64,000 nucleotides of DNA from a virus (lineage: Duplodnaviria > Caudoviricetes), in IMG/VR virus record IMGVR_UViG_3300031555_001519, positions 64,001 to 128,000 of that record; one strand, 5' to 3'. Position 1 is the stretch's first letter, and each line of letters begins with the position of its first letter. Both the position numbers and the translations under genes were made by a program. Of the stretch, positions 49,968 through 59,532 are shown piece after piece. A model generated the notes under the pieces. That model made no database searches. It was not told the DNA's origin and saw only the letters and a list, made by a program, of their open reading frames with translations.

Positions 49968-51473
49968 TTATAAAATTATTTTTGTTCCTCTATTAACCGC
50001 AATAACTCTTGTTGACTTTAAACAATCTGATATTGCTTTTCCCAAATCTTCCTTGAATTCCAATTTACTATTATTATTAGAATGCACCAAATAAATCTTA
50101 TCGCAATTAATAGACTTGTAATAATTAATTAATTCTTTTCGTTGCATATGACTTGAGAATGACAAAAGATCAATTATCTGTGCTTTATTCTTATATGGTT
50201 TGCCATTAATATTAATTGTTTTCTGTTCTTTTTCATGTTTAATTTTCCATGCTAATGTATCTTCACCGGCATAACCAATAAATAAAATAAGGTCATTCTC
50301 ATTTGGTAAAATACTCTGAACCCATTTAACACTTCTTCCGGCGGTTAACATCCCAGAGGATGAGCAAATTACCTTTGCGCCCTTATCAGAAATAGCAGCT
50401 TTACTATCTTCAGGAGTGATTACTCTACGAATATTTTTCCACGCCATCATTTCGTCAAATTTGTCTTTTTCTTCTCCTTCTAAAATAGAAGAGTAGCAAT
50501 CCAATAATCTATTGGCCAAAGGACTATCTACCAAAATCGGTATATTAAAACGCTCATCTTGTCCAAATAAAGAATATAAAATCCATAATATATATGGCAT
50601 TCTATCAAGAGAGAATGTAGGGATTAAAACCCTACGTCCATTATCAACACAATATTGTTCTACCGCAGATTTAATCTTTTCAATATCTTTCTCTAAAGTC
50701 TTTTTAGTAATTTCTTTACCCCTTGCACTGTAGGTACATTCTCCAATAACCACGTTAGCAGTGGTCGCTGGTTCAAAATCTTCTACAAAAATACGACTTT
50801 CTTGAGTACTTAAATTTCCAAGGTCTGAAGTGAAGAGTATCTTTCTTGTATGCGAACCACCATTAATATAAACTTCAGCTTGCTTAGATAATAATATATG
50901 TCCTGCGTTTTTATATCTTATTGCTAGTTCGTCAGAAACATTAATTATTTTATCTGATGGAATCTCTTGCACATAATTCAGCATATTGTTTACAACATCT
51001 TCAGTATAGAAAGGTTCAAAGTTTCGATCACCTTTCATATTAATAACTTCTACATCTCTTTGATTAATATATGCAGCATCAAGCCACATTTCTTTTAAAA
51101 TACAAGTAGATTTTTCTGGGACAATAATTTTAGCATTACATTTTCCTCTTGTGTATAAAGCTGGAATTAAACCAATGTGGTCTAAATGATTGTGTCCAAT
51201 AATAATATAATCAATTTCTTGAGGCTTAATTTGTTGCAACAACTTACTGTTTAATTTGTAATTTTCAAGAGGTGTATGGCCATCTTGTATCATTCCACAT
51301 TCAAATAAATAAACGTGTTCGTCTGTTGTAATTTTAGAACATGATCCGGTTACTGATTCAGCGTTCCCACCTATGATTTCTACAGTAACTTTATTTTTCT
51401 TTTTACTAATTGTTCTCACCACTTTCAATAGTATTTGTTTTCCTTTAAATCCAATATTTAGTTTTAGTCTCAA
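49968..51473 (-). CDS. MBL-fold beta-CASP nuclease (start probably GTG near 51419)
   Basis: VTGSC, HNHLDHIG, AGHIL, ECTY, SSGML.AGR, FSSH and LVH motifs. Confidence 0.88.
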   Translation of the reverse strand: MRLKLNIGFKGKQILLKVVRTISKKKNKVTVEIIGGNAESVTGSCSKITTDEHVYLFECGMIQDGHTPLENYKLNSKLLQQIKPQEIDYIIIGHNHLDHIGLIPALYTRGKCNAKIIVPEKSTCILKEMWLDAAYINQRDVEVINMKGDRNFEPFYTEDVVNNMLNYVQEIPSDKIINVSDELAIRYKNAGHILLSKQAEVYINGGSHTRKILFTSDLGNLSTQESRIFVEDFEPATTANVVIGECTYSARGKEITKKTLEKDIEKIKSAVEQYCVDNGRRVLIPTFSLDRMPYILWILYSLFGQDERFNIPILVDSPLANRLLDCYSSILEGEEKDKFDEMMAWKNIRRVITPEDSKAAISDKGAKVICSSSGMLTAGRSVKWVQSILPNENDLILFIGYAGEDTLAWKIKHEKEQKTININGKPYKNKAQIIDLLSFSSHMQRKELINYYKSINCDKIYLVHSNNNSKLEFKEDLGKAISDCLKSTRVIAVNRGTKIIL

Positions 51474-51480
51474 TATTCAG

Positions 51481-51648
51481 TTATTTAGATTTAACTTCTT
51501 CCTCATACTGTTTAAGTAATGCTTTTACCTTCGGACTTTCAGTAGCATAATACGTTTTATGCTTGCCATATGTGTGATGCAAATCATCTGGGAAGCGACA
51601 TCCGTTTGCTTCTAAATAGTCACGTTGGATTTTAGTAATCTTAATCAT
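51481..51648 (-). CDS. Small hypothetical protein (55 aa)
   Basis: MIKITKIQRDYLEANGC..KTYYATES; AGGA RBS. Confidence 0.55.
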   Translation of the reverse strand: MIKITKIQRDYLEANGCRFPDDLHHTYGKHKTYYATESPKVKALLKQYEEEVKSK

Positions 51649-51692
51649 TTATTTCATCCTTTTTATTATATATTTCCCTAATGGGATAGTAG

Positions 51693-51775
51693 TTGGGGGA
51701 GTGGGAGTTGAACCCACCTAGCAATTGCAACGGTTTTACAGACCGCCGTAACTAACCGAGAGTTACCTTCCCCCA
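51693..51775 (-). tRNA. tRNA-Tyr(GTA)
   Basis: GCGGT CTGTAAA ACCGT, long variable arm, T-arm GTGGGTTCAACTCCCAC. Confidence 0.85.
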
Positions 51776-51784
51776 TTATATAAA

Positions 51785-51857
51785 TGGCTCCTTCAGGTTT
51801 CGATCCTGACTCTACAGATTTTCAGTCTGCCGCTTTCACCAGATTAGCTTAAGAGCC
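51785..51857 (-). tRNA. tRNA-Phe(GAA)
   Basis: GCAGA CTGAAAA TCTGT in a full cloverleaf. Confidence 0.9.
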
Positions 51858-51874
51858 ATAAGATAGCTATAAAC

Positions 51875-51958
51875 TGCAGGTGGAGAGATTTGAACTCCCG
51901 AAGAGATAAACTCGCATGATTAAAAGTCATGTGCCATTAACCACTAGGCGACACCTGC
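51875..51958 (-). tRNA. tRNA with Lys anticodon (TTT) and long type-II variable arm
   Basis: CATGA CTTTTAA TCATG; 15-nt variable region CGAGTTTATCTCTTC; A73. Confidence 0.85.
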
Positions 51959-51963
51959 ATAAA

Positions 51964-52035
51964 CGACTCTATTGGGGAACGATCCCAATTTTCTACCGTG
52001 ACAGGGTAGCGTAATAACCTTTATACCATAGAGCC
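51964..52035 (-). tRNA. tRNA-Asp(GTC)
   Basis: CTACC CTGTCAC GGTAG; G73. Confidence 0.88.
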
Positions 52036-52039
52036 AAAA

Positions 52040-52800
52040 TCAAGAGTGAACACTTAAGGCCGCTCTCTACAAAGCCGAAACTTTCAATTGTCAATAGCTC
52101 AAATCCGATTTAGTACACGTACCGCCTCGGTAAAAATCTCTAACGATTTTTGTTCTTTATTTTGTCAGCGTAAAGCAGTCAACTAGCTGAAACATCGGAT
52201 TTCCGGATATCCAGTTTACGTTCTACCTCAATGGTTCTACGTTCTGCAAATGGTTTTGTCAACCAAATAGAAAAGTAGTATCTCTTCCAATTTTGAATCG
52301 TACACTAAGGCAGTACCTCTCCATTAAAATATACATCACTTATTCCATTCATGCGCATTCCCGGCATCTCGCCAGTAGGAGAGTGATGATAGGACTTACT
52401 TTGGTTTTCCAAATGCCAAGTTCCTTTGTTTTCAGCTAAAAGCCTATTCGGGAGAGCGAACCAACTCTCGGTTGGGAACTCCAGTTACGAGCCGAATGAC
52501 CATAACCTTCATCGTTCAATTGAAAAGTGTAAAGCACTAACTAACTCTTCTTCGGACTCCGGATGCCCAGTTGTTTAGAATAGAGAAATTGTTCCATTCA
52601 TGCTTTCTCGTTAATGTCCTATAGACACTGTTTAATATAGCCAACATTCTGTAAGCTATTTCTTTGTTCAGGATTCTCACCCCGTTCAATTTGCAAGACT
52701 CAACCCTTGCTTGCAGAGTATCTCCCTGGAATTTCCCAGCTTCTCAGTACCGGGTGGTGGACGCACATGTACGCCACTGAATATCTCGTTATTCAGAGAT
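52040..52800 (-). ncRNA. Candidate large structured ncRNA (GOLLD/ROOL-like context)
   Basis: About 750 nt with no ORF >=60 aa, GC-richer than its flanks, many short hairpins, located between two tRNAs. Confidence 0.55.
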
Positions 52801-52802
52801 AG

Positions 52803-52875
52803 GGTACCATGAAAGAATTGAACTTTCATTTACAGATTCACAATCTGTTGTCTTAACCATTAGACCAATGACACC
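52803..52875 (-). tRNA. tRNA-His(GTG)
   Basis: ACAGA TTGTGAA TCTGT; encoded G-1 and C73. Confidence 0.9.
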
Positions 52876-52880
52876 ATAAC

Positions 52881-52983
52881 TAGATAGCTATTTTGAGAAC
52901 CGTCTCTTTTTTCGTCTGGAGTCGAACCAACGAAATGCAATATTTTGGAGCATCATATGTTTTAAAATTGCTGTAACTATCTA
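52881..52983 (-). ncRNA. tRNA-mimic small RNA candidate (Y-RNA-like)
   Basis: 10-bp terminal stem TAGATAGTTA/TAGCTATCTA, a CAGCAA motif and an internal T-loop-like GGTTCGACTCC; no full cloverleaf. Confidence 0.4.
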
Positions 52984-52986
52984 TAG

Positions 52987-53059
52987 TCGCTACGCCTCGG
53001 AATTGAGCCGAGTTACCCTAGCTTATGAGGCTAGGTCAGATTCCTACCTGCCGCCAGCT
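52987..53059 (-). tRNA. Atypical tRNA with CAT anticodon (Met/Ile2-like, irregular acceptor stem)
   Basis: CTAGC CTCATAA GCTAG; T-arm CTCGG CTCAATT CCGAG; mismatched acceptor stem. Confidence 0.6.
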
Positions 53060-53066
53060 ATAATAA

Positions 53067-53142
53067 TTGGGACGACAGGATTTGAACCTGCGAACCTCGT
53101 GATCCCAAATCACGCATTCTAACCAAACTGAACTACATCCCA
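53067..53142 (-). tRNA. tRNA-Pro(TGG)
   Basis: CGTGA TTTGGGA TCACG; GCAGGTTCAAATCCTGT. Confidence 0.93.
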
Positions 53143-53191
53143 AGAATTGTGGAGCAGGACGCTCCACTTTTATATCAATATTAAATTATTA

Positions 53192-53464
53192 TTAAGCATT
53201 AATAGCATCTTTGATTGCCTTGCCAAACTTACACTTAGGTGCATACTTTGCAGGAACATCAATTATTTCATTGGTCTTAGGATTTCTAGCAGTAGTAGCT
53301 TCTTTATAAACTGCAGTCAAAGTAACTCCGTCCATCAACTTAATTTCATCTTCCTTAACAGTGCTGAACACTACTTCCTGAAGTGTCTCCATAACAGTCT
53401 TTACATCCTTCTGTGTGTAACCTGCCTTTTCAGCGATTGCTTTAATTAATTCTGTCTTATTCAT
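53192..53464 (-). CDS. hup: HU-family DNA-binding protein
   Basis: MNKTELIKAIAEKAG..ARNPKT.E.I..PA...PK.K.GK. Confidence 0.92.
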   Translation of the reverse strand: MNKTELIKAIAEKAGYTQKDVKTVMETLQEVVFSTVKEDEIKLMDGVTLTAVYKEATTARNPKTNEIIDVPAKYAPKCKFGKAIKDAINA

Positions 53465-53532
53465 TTTTTGTTCTCCTTTTATTCATATAAATTTTATTTT
53501 AGTCCCGTTACGGGAAATTAATTTCGTTTAGT

Positions 53533-53877
53533 CTATGAAAAGATAATATTTCCTATTTCTGCACCCTTGCTATCAAGAAGTTCATAAGATACTACATAAG
53601 AAACAATCTTATTTCCTTCTTTATCTTCACGTTCAATCTTAATACCTTTGCACTTGTCGTTAGTACAAGTCATCTGATTTCCACCAATGTAACTCATTGG
53701 TTGGCCGCAAGCTTTGCATTTATGTTTCGCACAGAATTTCCACTGTTGTTCTAATAATTTCTTTTCATCATCAGTTCTCTTTTTAAGTGGTTTGCAACCC
53801 CATGCCTTAGCCGCCTCCTCGAAAGAAGAGTAGTGTTCAGTAGTATTGCGTCCCATTCTAAATTCTCTCATATCCAT
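53533..53877 (-). CDS. Hypothetical Zn-binding protein
   Basis: CKACGQPM..C....C. Confidence 0.55.
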   Translation of the reverse strand: MDMREFRMGRNTTEHYSSFEEAAKAWGCKPLKKRTDDEKKLLEQQWKFCAKHKCKACGQPMSYIGGNQMTCTNDKCKGIKIEREDKEGNKIVSYVVSYELLDSKGAEIGNIIFS

Positions 53878-54046
53878 GTTCTCCTATATATAGTTTTTTC
53901 TGATCAGACCCCATATAAAGCCTGGGGTCACAGGCATTATGCATTCGAATTCCATATTTATACCCGCATTGGCAATAGCGGTTGATTTACTAAGACAAAT
54001 ACGTCTTTTCTATCACAAGACAACTTAATGCGATGTTTAATTTTGC

Positions 54047-56692
54047 TTAGTTTTGTTGGCTTTTTTGAACCTCATAATCATCTAACTCGCCACTTTTTGC
54101 TTTAAAACATTGTAAAAAAGCTTCTGAATTAACCATATATAACACCTTCAATAACAATGCTCTATTTGTCTCAATGCAATTATTTTTGACATTTCTTTTT
54201 ACTCCAGAACCAATATTAAATGCTCGATTAATTAACCACGACATCATCCCAAGGTAATTCTTAGATAAATATACTTGTTGGATATCTTTAATCAGTTTAT
54301 CAAAATCATATCTAAGTAGCAAATAATCTTCTTTATCTGTTCTGTCATTTTTGATATTATGATTATACAACTCAAAAGAATATTTCTGAATTAATTCCTC
54401 AACCTTTCTTGATTTTCTTCCGTGCTCCTTCATTTCGTGTTTAATAAAGAACTCTGACATCGGAAGGGTAGAAGAAGCAGAACGATATTTCTTAAAATTC
54501 AAATCGCAAACCCAATTCATAGGACATACCAAATCATTAGATATTCTTTCTCTTTTAACATCTTTGTGAGTTACTTCCCAAAACTTTGGTAATTTATTTT
54601 GTTTGATATCCATATCATCCTTGATACGTTTAATTTCAGCATTCAAATCAATATCAAATCTACGTTTCGCATTATCTATAGCAATCTGTGCAAGAACTGA
54701 TAAAATACATACATAATCTTGATATTTTTGGTCGTCAAAATTATATGTATATGTTAAACACACTTGTGCCAAATTACTTGATTCTCCTATAGCACGTTGT
54801 GCTGCAGCAAGATTGTTATCAATAATTGCATAATTTTTTAATGTATTATTATAACTATTTTTTTCCTTTGGAATATTGTTAACAATAGTGGGATAGTTGT
54901 TGTAACAATATTTGGCATGAGCTACGATATCGGACTGATTTGTGACGTATAGACTATCAGAATCTTGATCTGAACCGTTGTTACGATCTTGAAAATCTGT
55001 TCCAATCATATTAATAGCAATTATTAATTTTCCAAAATTGAAATACTTTTCAAATCTCGGATGATACACATTATGTAGATAACCCAAATTATTTCTACTG
55101 TTGAATGGGCTTCGAAACTCTGCTAAATATTCACCATCTTCGAATCGTCCGGTATAGCATTGAATACACCCTTGCTCTTGAGAAAATGTATCATCATCTA
55201 ACGCATTTAATCCAACTGCATGCATTAACATAGCATACGGAGAACCTACGATTACTAAGTTATCCGCATTTTGCAATACTCGTCCGCTTTTTAAATTAAG
55301 TACATAAGCATTGATAATTGCCTTTTTACGACTTCTAAAATACTCGCTGTTCACAAAATCAGGATTGTGCTCACATAAAGCTACCAATACTTCATAGTCA
55401 TTAGAAAAATTATAATTTTTTCTTAGGTAATCTAAAAAGGCTGTATTATCATTTTTTAATAAATTAATATAATCTGTGCTATATTTGGTAACTTGTTCCA
55501 TTGTATTGATGTCCAGAGCGTTTACCATCTGATAACTCATTCTTTGAACATCACCAAATTTACTTTCATGAGCTGTTTTAACAACACCAAAAAAACAATC
55601 GTTTTTCTTCACCCATTCTACCCAATAGTCAAAATCCACTCCAAATTTCAACCATTTTATAGCATTGTCTGTTGTTATCAATCTAATATCCTTTACAAAT
55701 ACCTCTCTACCAAACATATCTGTAACTGTTGCTGTTTCATAATTTTCCTTGTAATATTCTTTCATATACAGCTGAATATTTGTATCAAATGCTGCAGCCT
55801 TAAACATTTGCTGTCTTAATAAAACATAACCTTCTGCCCACTCAGGAACAATAGAAGAATCAATTAATGACTGCCCATCAAACAAAGTGTTTTTTAACTT
55901 GTAATCATCCACGTATTTAACTATACATTGTTTATTTTCATCTGTTTCTACACTTGCAACTTTTGTATTAAAAAAAGAATCAACATCTTTAAGTATTAAT
56001 ATTTGTGATGGTAATATCTGAATTTTTCCCACTATAGAAGAGGTAACAAGTGGAGCATAAGCACCCATTTCTACAATTGGAGAATTTTCATCTGGTAATT
56101 TGATTCCCATATATAAATATTCTCTGGCAAGCTCATATAAGGTTTCATTGATAAACATACAAGTACCTTTCTTGGCTTTTCCAGTGGTTCGAAATAACAT
56201 CTTATAATGAATAGTTTCTTCTTTTATTATTTTCCCAGATTTATTATAGGTTTTATAAGTAATATTTACTCCATCTTCATAAAAAATCTCTCTTAAATCG
56301 TTTCTGGTGATTTTTTTATACTTTTCTTTATTTTCCACAGCGTCAATGTATAATTCGGTAATTCTATTTTTCTTTCTTTCTGCTTCTGTAATTCTTTTGG
56401 AATTAGATTGAGAATGAGCTATTTTTCTTTCGATTCTTGCTTTTTTAGCTATTTTATGAATATGTTTTACCTCAGATTCATAATCTCTGGAACCATATTT
56501 AAAATCAATACATATAATATCCCTGGTGCTTTCCCCCTTCCAAATGTTTAACCCATTGTCTTTTAAAAAGTCACTAAAAAGACTATTACTTAACATAGCA
56601 TCAGTATAATCATATGTATCTCGTATACCGGTGTTACATTCGTAAATAGAACCGGCAATAAAGTTTTTTATTTTTAATCCGTATTCTGACAT
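54047..56692 (-). CDS. YonO-like single-subunit RNA polymerase
   Basis: FDGQSL, LR...FK, SYQM.NAL, FRSP and catalytic GSDQDSD (DxDxD), AID.AKR; upstream of HU and the late operon as in SPbeta. Confidence 0.8.
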   Translation of the reverse strand: MSEYGLKIKNFIAGSIYECNTGIRDTYDYTDAMLSNSLFSDFLKDNGLNIWKGESTRDIICIDFKYGSRDYESEVKHIHKIAKKARIERKIAHSQSNSKRITEAERKKNRITELYIDAVENKEKYKKITRNDLREIFYEDGVNITYKTYNKSGKIIKEETIHYKMLFRTTGKAKKGTCMFINETLYELAREYLYMGIKLPDENSPIVEMGAYAPLVTSSIVGKIQILPSQILILKDVDSFFNTKVASVETDENKQCIVKYVDDYKLKNTLFDGQSLIDSSIVPEWAEGYVLLRQQMFKAAAFDTNIQLYMKEYYKENYETATVTDMFGREVFVKDIRLITTDNAIKWLKFGVDFDYWVEWVKKNDCFFGVVKTAHESKFGDVQRMSYQMVNALDINTMEQVTKYSTDYINLLKNDNTAFLDYLRKNYNFSNDYEVLVALCEHNPDFVNSEYFRSRKKAIINAYVLNLKSGRVLQNADNLVIVGSPYAMLMHAVGLNALDDDTFSQEQGCIQCYTGRFEDGEYLAEFRSPFNSRNNLGYLHNVYHPRFEKYFNFGKLIIAINMIGTDFQDRNNGSDQDSDSLYVTNQSDIVAHAKYCYNNYPTIVNNIPKEKNSYNNTLKNYAIIDNNLAAAQRAIGESSNLAQVCLTYTYNFDDQKYQDYVCILSVLAQIAIDNAKRRFDIDLNAEIKRIKDDMDIKQNKLPKFWEVTHKDVKRERISNDLVCPMNWVCDLNFKKYRSASSTLPMSEFFIKHEMKEHGRKSRKVEELIQKYSFELYNHNIKNDRTDKEDYLLLRYDFDKLIKDIQQVYLSKNYLGMMSWLINRAFNIGSGVKRNVKNNCIETNRALLLKVLYMVNSEAFLQCFKAKSGELDDYEVQKSQQN

Positions 56693-56716
56693 TAATTTAC
56701 CTTTCTGCAGTTAATC

Positions 56717-57292
56717 TCATTCCCAATCATCGTATCCATTTTGTTCGTGAATGTAGCACATAATTTGGGAATAAGTACCTAATGCATAATATTCATCTTC
56801 TAAATCTTCTCTGGAGGTTGTTCTACAATGTTCTCCGTCCATTAATCGAGGCCTACACCCTTTTGCCTTAACTATATAATAATCTTCTAAACAATCCTTA
56901 GCTGGTTTAAATAATCTAAGAGAGATTTCATTTCTTTGTGTAGATTTTTCTGAAATATTATATCCAGTGCCGCTTCTGTAAAACGGAAAAAATGTATTTA
57001 AGTATTCTTGTTCTTTTCCATATCTCGTATCTTCAGAACATTCTTCCAATATACGAAAAATAAAATTATTGCTCCCAAACTCGTTCCAGTCTGACTGAAA
57101 AAATATATTCTTATGAATATTATTTTCAAGCTCTCTTATATGGCTTCTCCATCTTTGTATAATGTGTTTAGAACTGCCAATATATATCTTATTATTTGCT
57201 TTATTGGTAATTATATAAACACCACATCTTTTTTTACTTCCTAAACATTTATGTTTTTTATCTAATATTTGAACTACTGTATATTCTGACAT
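56717..57292 (-). CDS. Free-standing GIY-YIG endonuclease
   Basis: GVYIITN..KIYIGSS..RW.SH..L..H.N..E. Confidence 0.85.
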   Translation of the reverse strand: MSEYTVVQILDKKHKCLGSKKRCGVYIITNKANNKIYIGSSKHIIQRWRSHIRELENNIHKNIFFQSDWNEFGSNNFIFRILEECSEDTRYGKEQEYLNTFFPFYRSGTGYNISEKSTQRNEISLRLFKPAKDCLEDYYIVKAKGCRPRLMDGEHCRTTSREDLEDEYYALGTYSQIMCYIHEQNGYDDWE

Positions 57293-57309
57293 TCTTCACC
57301 GTCCTTGTT

Positions 57310-58455
57310 TTATTGTATCATCTTCAAACTTTTTAAACACTCTGCAAGAATCCTAACAAATTCATTATACTCATCAATCGTAGTATCTTCTCCAATGCTA
57401 ATCCTTATAGTGCTGAAAGCTTCTTCATCAGTTAACCCAATAGCTTTTAAAATTCTACTTGGGGTCTTTTCGCCGGTACAACATGCACTTCCTGCCGAAA
57501 CTTGCACACCCTTTATATCCAATAGGGTAATAAGAGCTTCTGCATTAATACCAGGAAAAGTGAGAGAGAGAGTATTGGGTAATCTTAATTTATTACTAGT
57601 GCTTCCATTTAATCGGACATTACAAATATCACCGCATTTATTGTAAATCGTATATAACAACCAAGGATCGAATTCACCATCAGGCTGTTTCATTCTCTCA
57701 ACCTGGTTTCCTAAAGCATATATCATAGGTACATTTTCTGTACCTGCTCTACGTCCATCAAATTGATGACCACCGTGGATGAGAGGGGAGAGTTTAATTC
57801 CGTCTCTAATATATAGGAACCCACAGTTCTTAAATCCACCGAATTTATGAAAACTTACGCTCATCATATCAATACCTATTTCCTCTACATCAATAGGAAC
57901 TTTCCCAAATGTTTGTACAGCATCCACATGTATGTACCCTTGAAAGCTATGTGTGATTCTTGCAATCTCTTTAATATCATTCAAAGTGCCAATTTCATTA
58001 TTACCCATCATGATTGATACAAGGCAGAAGTGTTTTTCACTAAGTAGAGATATTAATTTTCTAAATTTATCCACATCAACTTTACCGGTATTATCTATAG
58101 GGGTATATTCTATTCTGTACCATGATTTGTTCCCTAAATATTTACAAGTGTTATATACACTTGGATGTTCAATCTTAGTAGTAATAATACAATCAAACAT
58201 ATAGTTTGCATCTAAAAAACCTTTGATTGCCCAATTATTAGATTCACTACCGCCGGAAGTGAATACAATTTCACTAGGTTTCGCACCTATATAATTTGCT
58301 ACTTGTTCCTGTGCATGAGTAATAATTCTTTTAGCTTCAATACCATCTTGACTAATATCAGAAGGATTCGCCCAATACTTTTCTGCACAGTACATAAAAT
58401 CCTGCAGTACCTCTTTTGAAGGTTTTGAGGTACTGGCTGCATTAAGATATATCAT
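57310..58455 (-). CDS. iscS: Cysteine desulfurase (IscS/NifS family)
   Basis: YLNAAST, FTSGGSESNN, EHPSV, HVDAVQ, SFHKFGG and SAGSAC motifs. Confidence 0.93.
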   Translation of the reverse strand: MIYLNAASTSKPSKEVLQDFMYCAEKYWANPSDISQDGIEAKRIITHAQEQVANYIGAKPSEIVFTSGGSESNNWAIKGFLDANYMFDCIITTKIEHPSVYNTCKYLGNKSWYRIEYTPIDNTGKVDVDKFRKLISLLSEKHFCLVSIMMGNNEIGTLNDIKEIARITHSFQGYIHVDAVQTFGKVPIDVEEIGIDMMSVSFHKFGGFKNCGFLYIRDGIKLSPLIHGGHQFDGRRAGTENVPMIYALGNQVERMKQPDGEFDPWLLYTIYNKCGDICNVRLNGSTSNKLRLPNTLSLTFPGINAEALITLLDIKGVQVSAGSACCTGEKTPSRILKAIGLTDEEAFSTIRISIGEDTTIDEYNEFVRILAECLKSLKMIQ

Positions 58456-58590
58456 TTATTCTTCCTTTCTATTCTTATATACAATAATAAATCGTCAGCT
58501 CAATTCCTTTTACCCTAGCAACTTATCACCAAAGCATGTTCTTTCTAGAATTTATTATTCTATTATATGATTTCCAGCAAATTCACCTAT

Positions 58591-58932
58591 CTAGGAGTTC
58601 TTACTTGCCCACATATCCTTAAACCTCTGACTAGCAGCTTCTTTAGCTTCCTCGGACATTTCTCTCTTTTTAGCTCTAAAGGATACCAATCCTTTATCTG
58701 CAACTCTATAGGTTTTACCACGCCCGGTGTCTGCAATGAGAGAGTACATATCCGGACTTGTTCTACATAGTTTATCCAGACGAGTCATCTGAGTAGTATC
58801 AGAAGTGTAGATAATAGCATGTTCCTCATCACGCATATAAGATACATTTGTTTCTTGCTCTGCAATAGATACAGAATTACTTACAATTCTTTCTTCTACA
58901 TCAATATTTGTTACATAGCCATTCTTAGCCAT
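58591..58932 (-). CDS. Hypothetical protein
   Basis: EQET..IYTSD..SFR..R.MSEE; GAGGTG RBS. Confidence 0.6.
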   Translation of the reverse strand: MAKNGYVTNIDVEERIVSNSVSIAEQETNVSYMRDEEHAIIYTSDTTQMTRLDKLCRTSPDMYSLIADTGRGKTYRVADKGLVSFRAKKREMSEEAKEAASQRFKDMWASKNS

Positions 58933-58943
58933 ATTTGCTCACC

Positions 58944-59519
58944 TCAATTCTTAATATAATCTGATTTAATAATTTCTTCCAAAGTTCTTGGAGTATAATC
59001 CATGTACGACATCATACAGCCGACATTATAGCAATTCATAGGAATATCTGTTTGCTTCTTAATATTAGTAACCACTTGTTGAAACAGATCTTCTTCGACA
59101 GTGCAATGAACGTGCCCATACAAATGAATACTATTGCGATGTTGACTCTGATAAAACATGATAGGATAGTGAGAGAGCACTACATTTCTATCTGCGTCCT
59201 GTATCATTTTATAATCATATATTCCCTGAAATAGTCTTTTACATGCCCCATCTTTAGCCCAACGATCATGATTTCCCTTTATTAAAAACTTGGCTCCATT
59301 TAATCTCTTAATGATTTCTTCAGTTTCTCTTGCATATAACCAACTAAAATCACCGAGTATATATACTTCATCTTGCTTTGTTACAACACGATTCCAATTT
59401 TCAATAATCAATTCATCATGTTCTTTAACAGAAGAGAAGCGCCTTGCACCGTTAGTTGCATCATATTTAATTATATTTTCATGACCAAAATGAGTATCTG
59501 AAATGTAAAACTTACGCAT
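58944..59519 (-). CDS. Calcineurin-like phosphoesterase
   Basis: SDTHFGH, LGDF, GNHD, SHYP and HLYGHVH motifs. Confidence 0.9.
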   Translation of the reverse strand: MRKFYISDTHFGHENIIKYDATNGARRFSSVKEHDELIIENWNRVVTKQDEVYILGDFSWLYARETEEIIKRLNGAKFLIKGNHDRWAKDGACKRLFQGIYDYKMIQDADRNVVLSHYPIMFYQSQHRNSIHLYGHVHCTVEEDLFQQVVTNIKKQTDIPMNCYNVGCMMSYMDYTPRTLEEIIKSDYIKN

Positions 59520-59532
59520 ATTTTCTCCCTTT

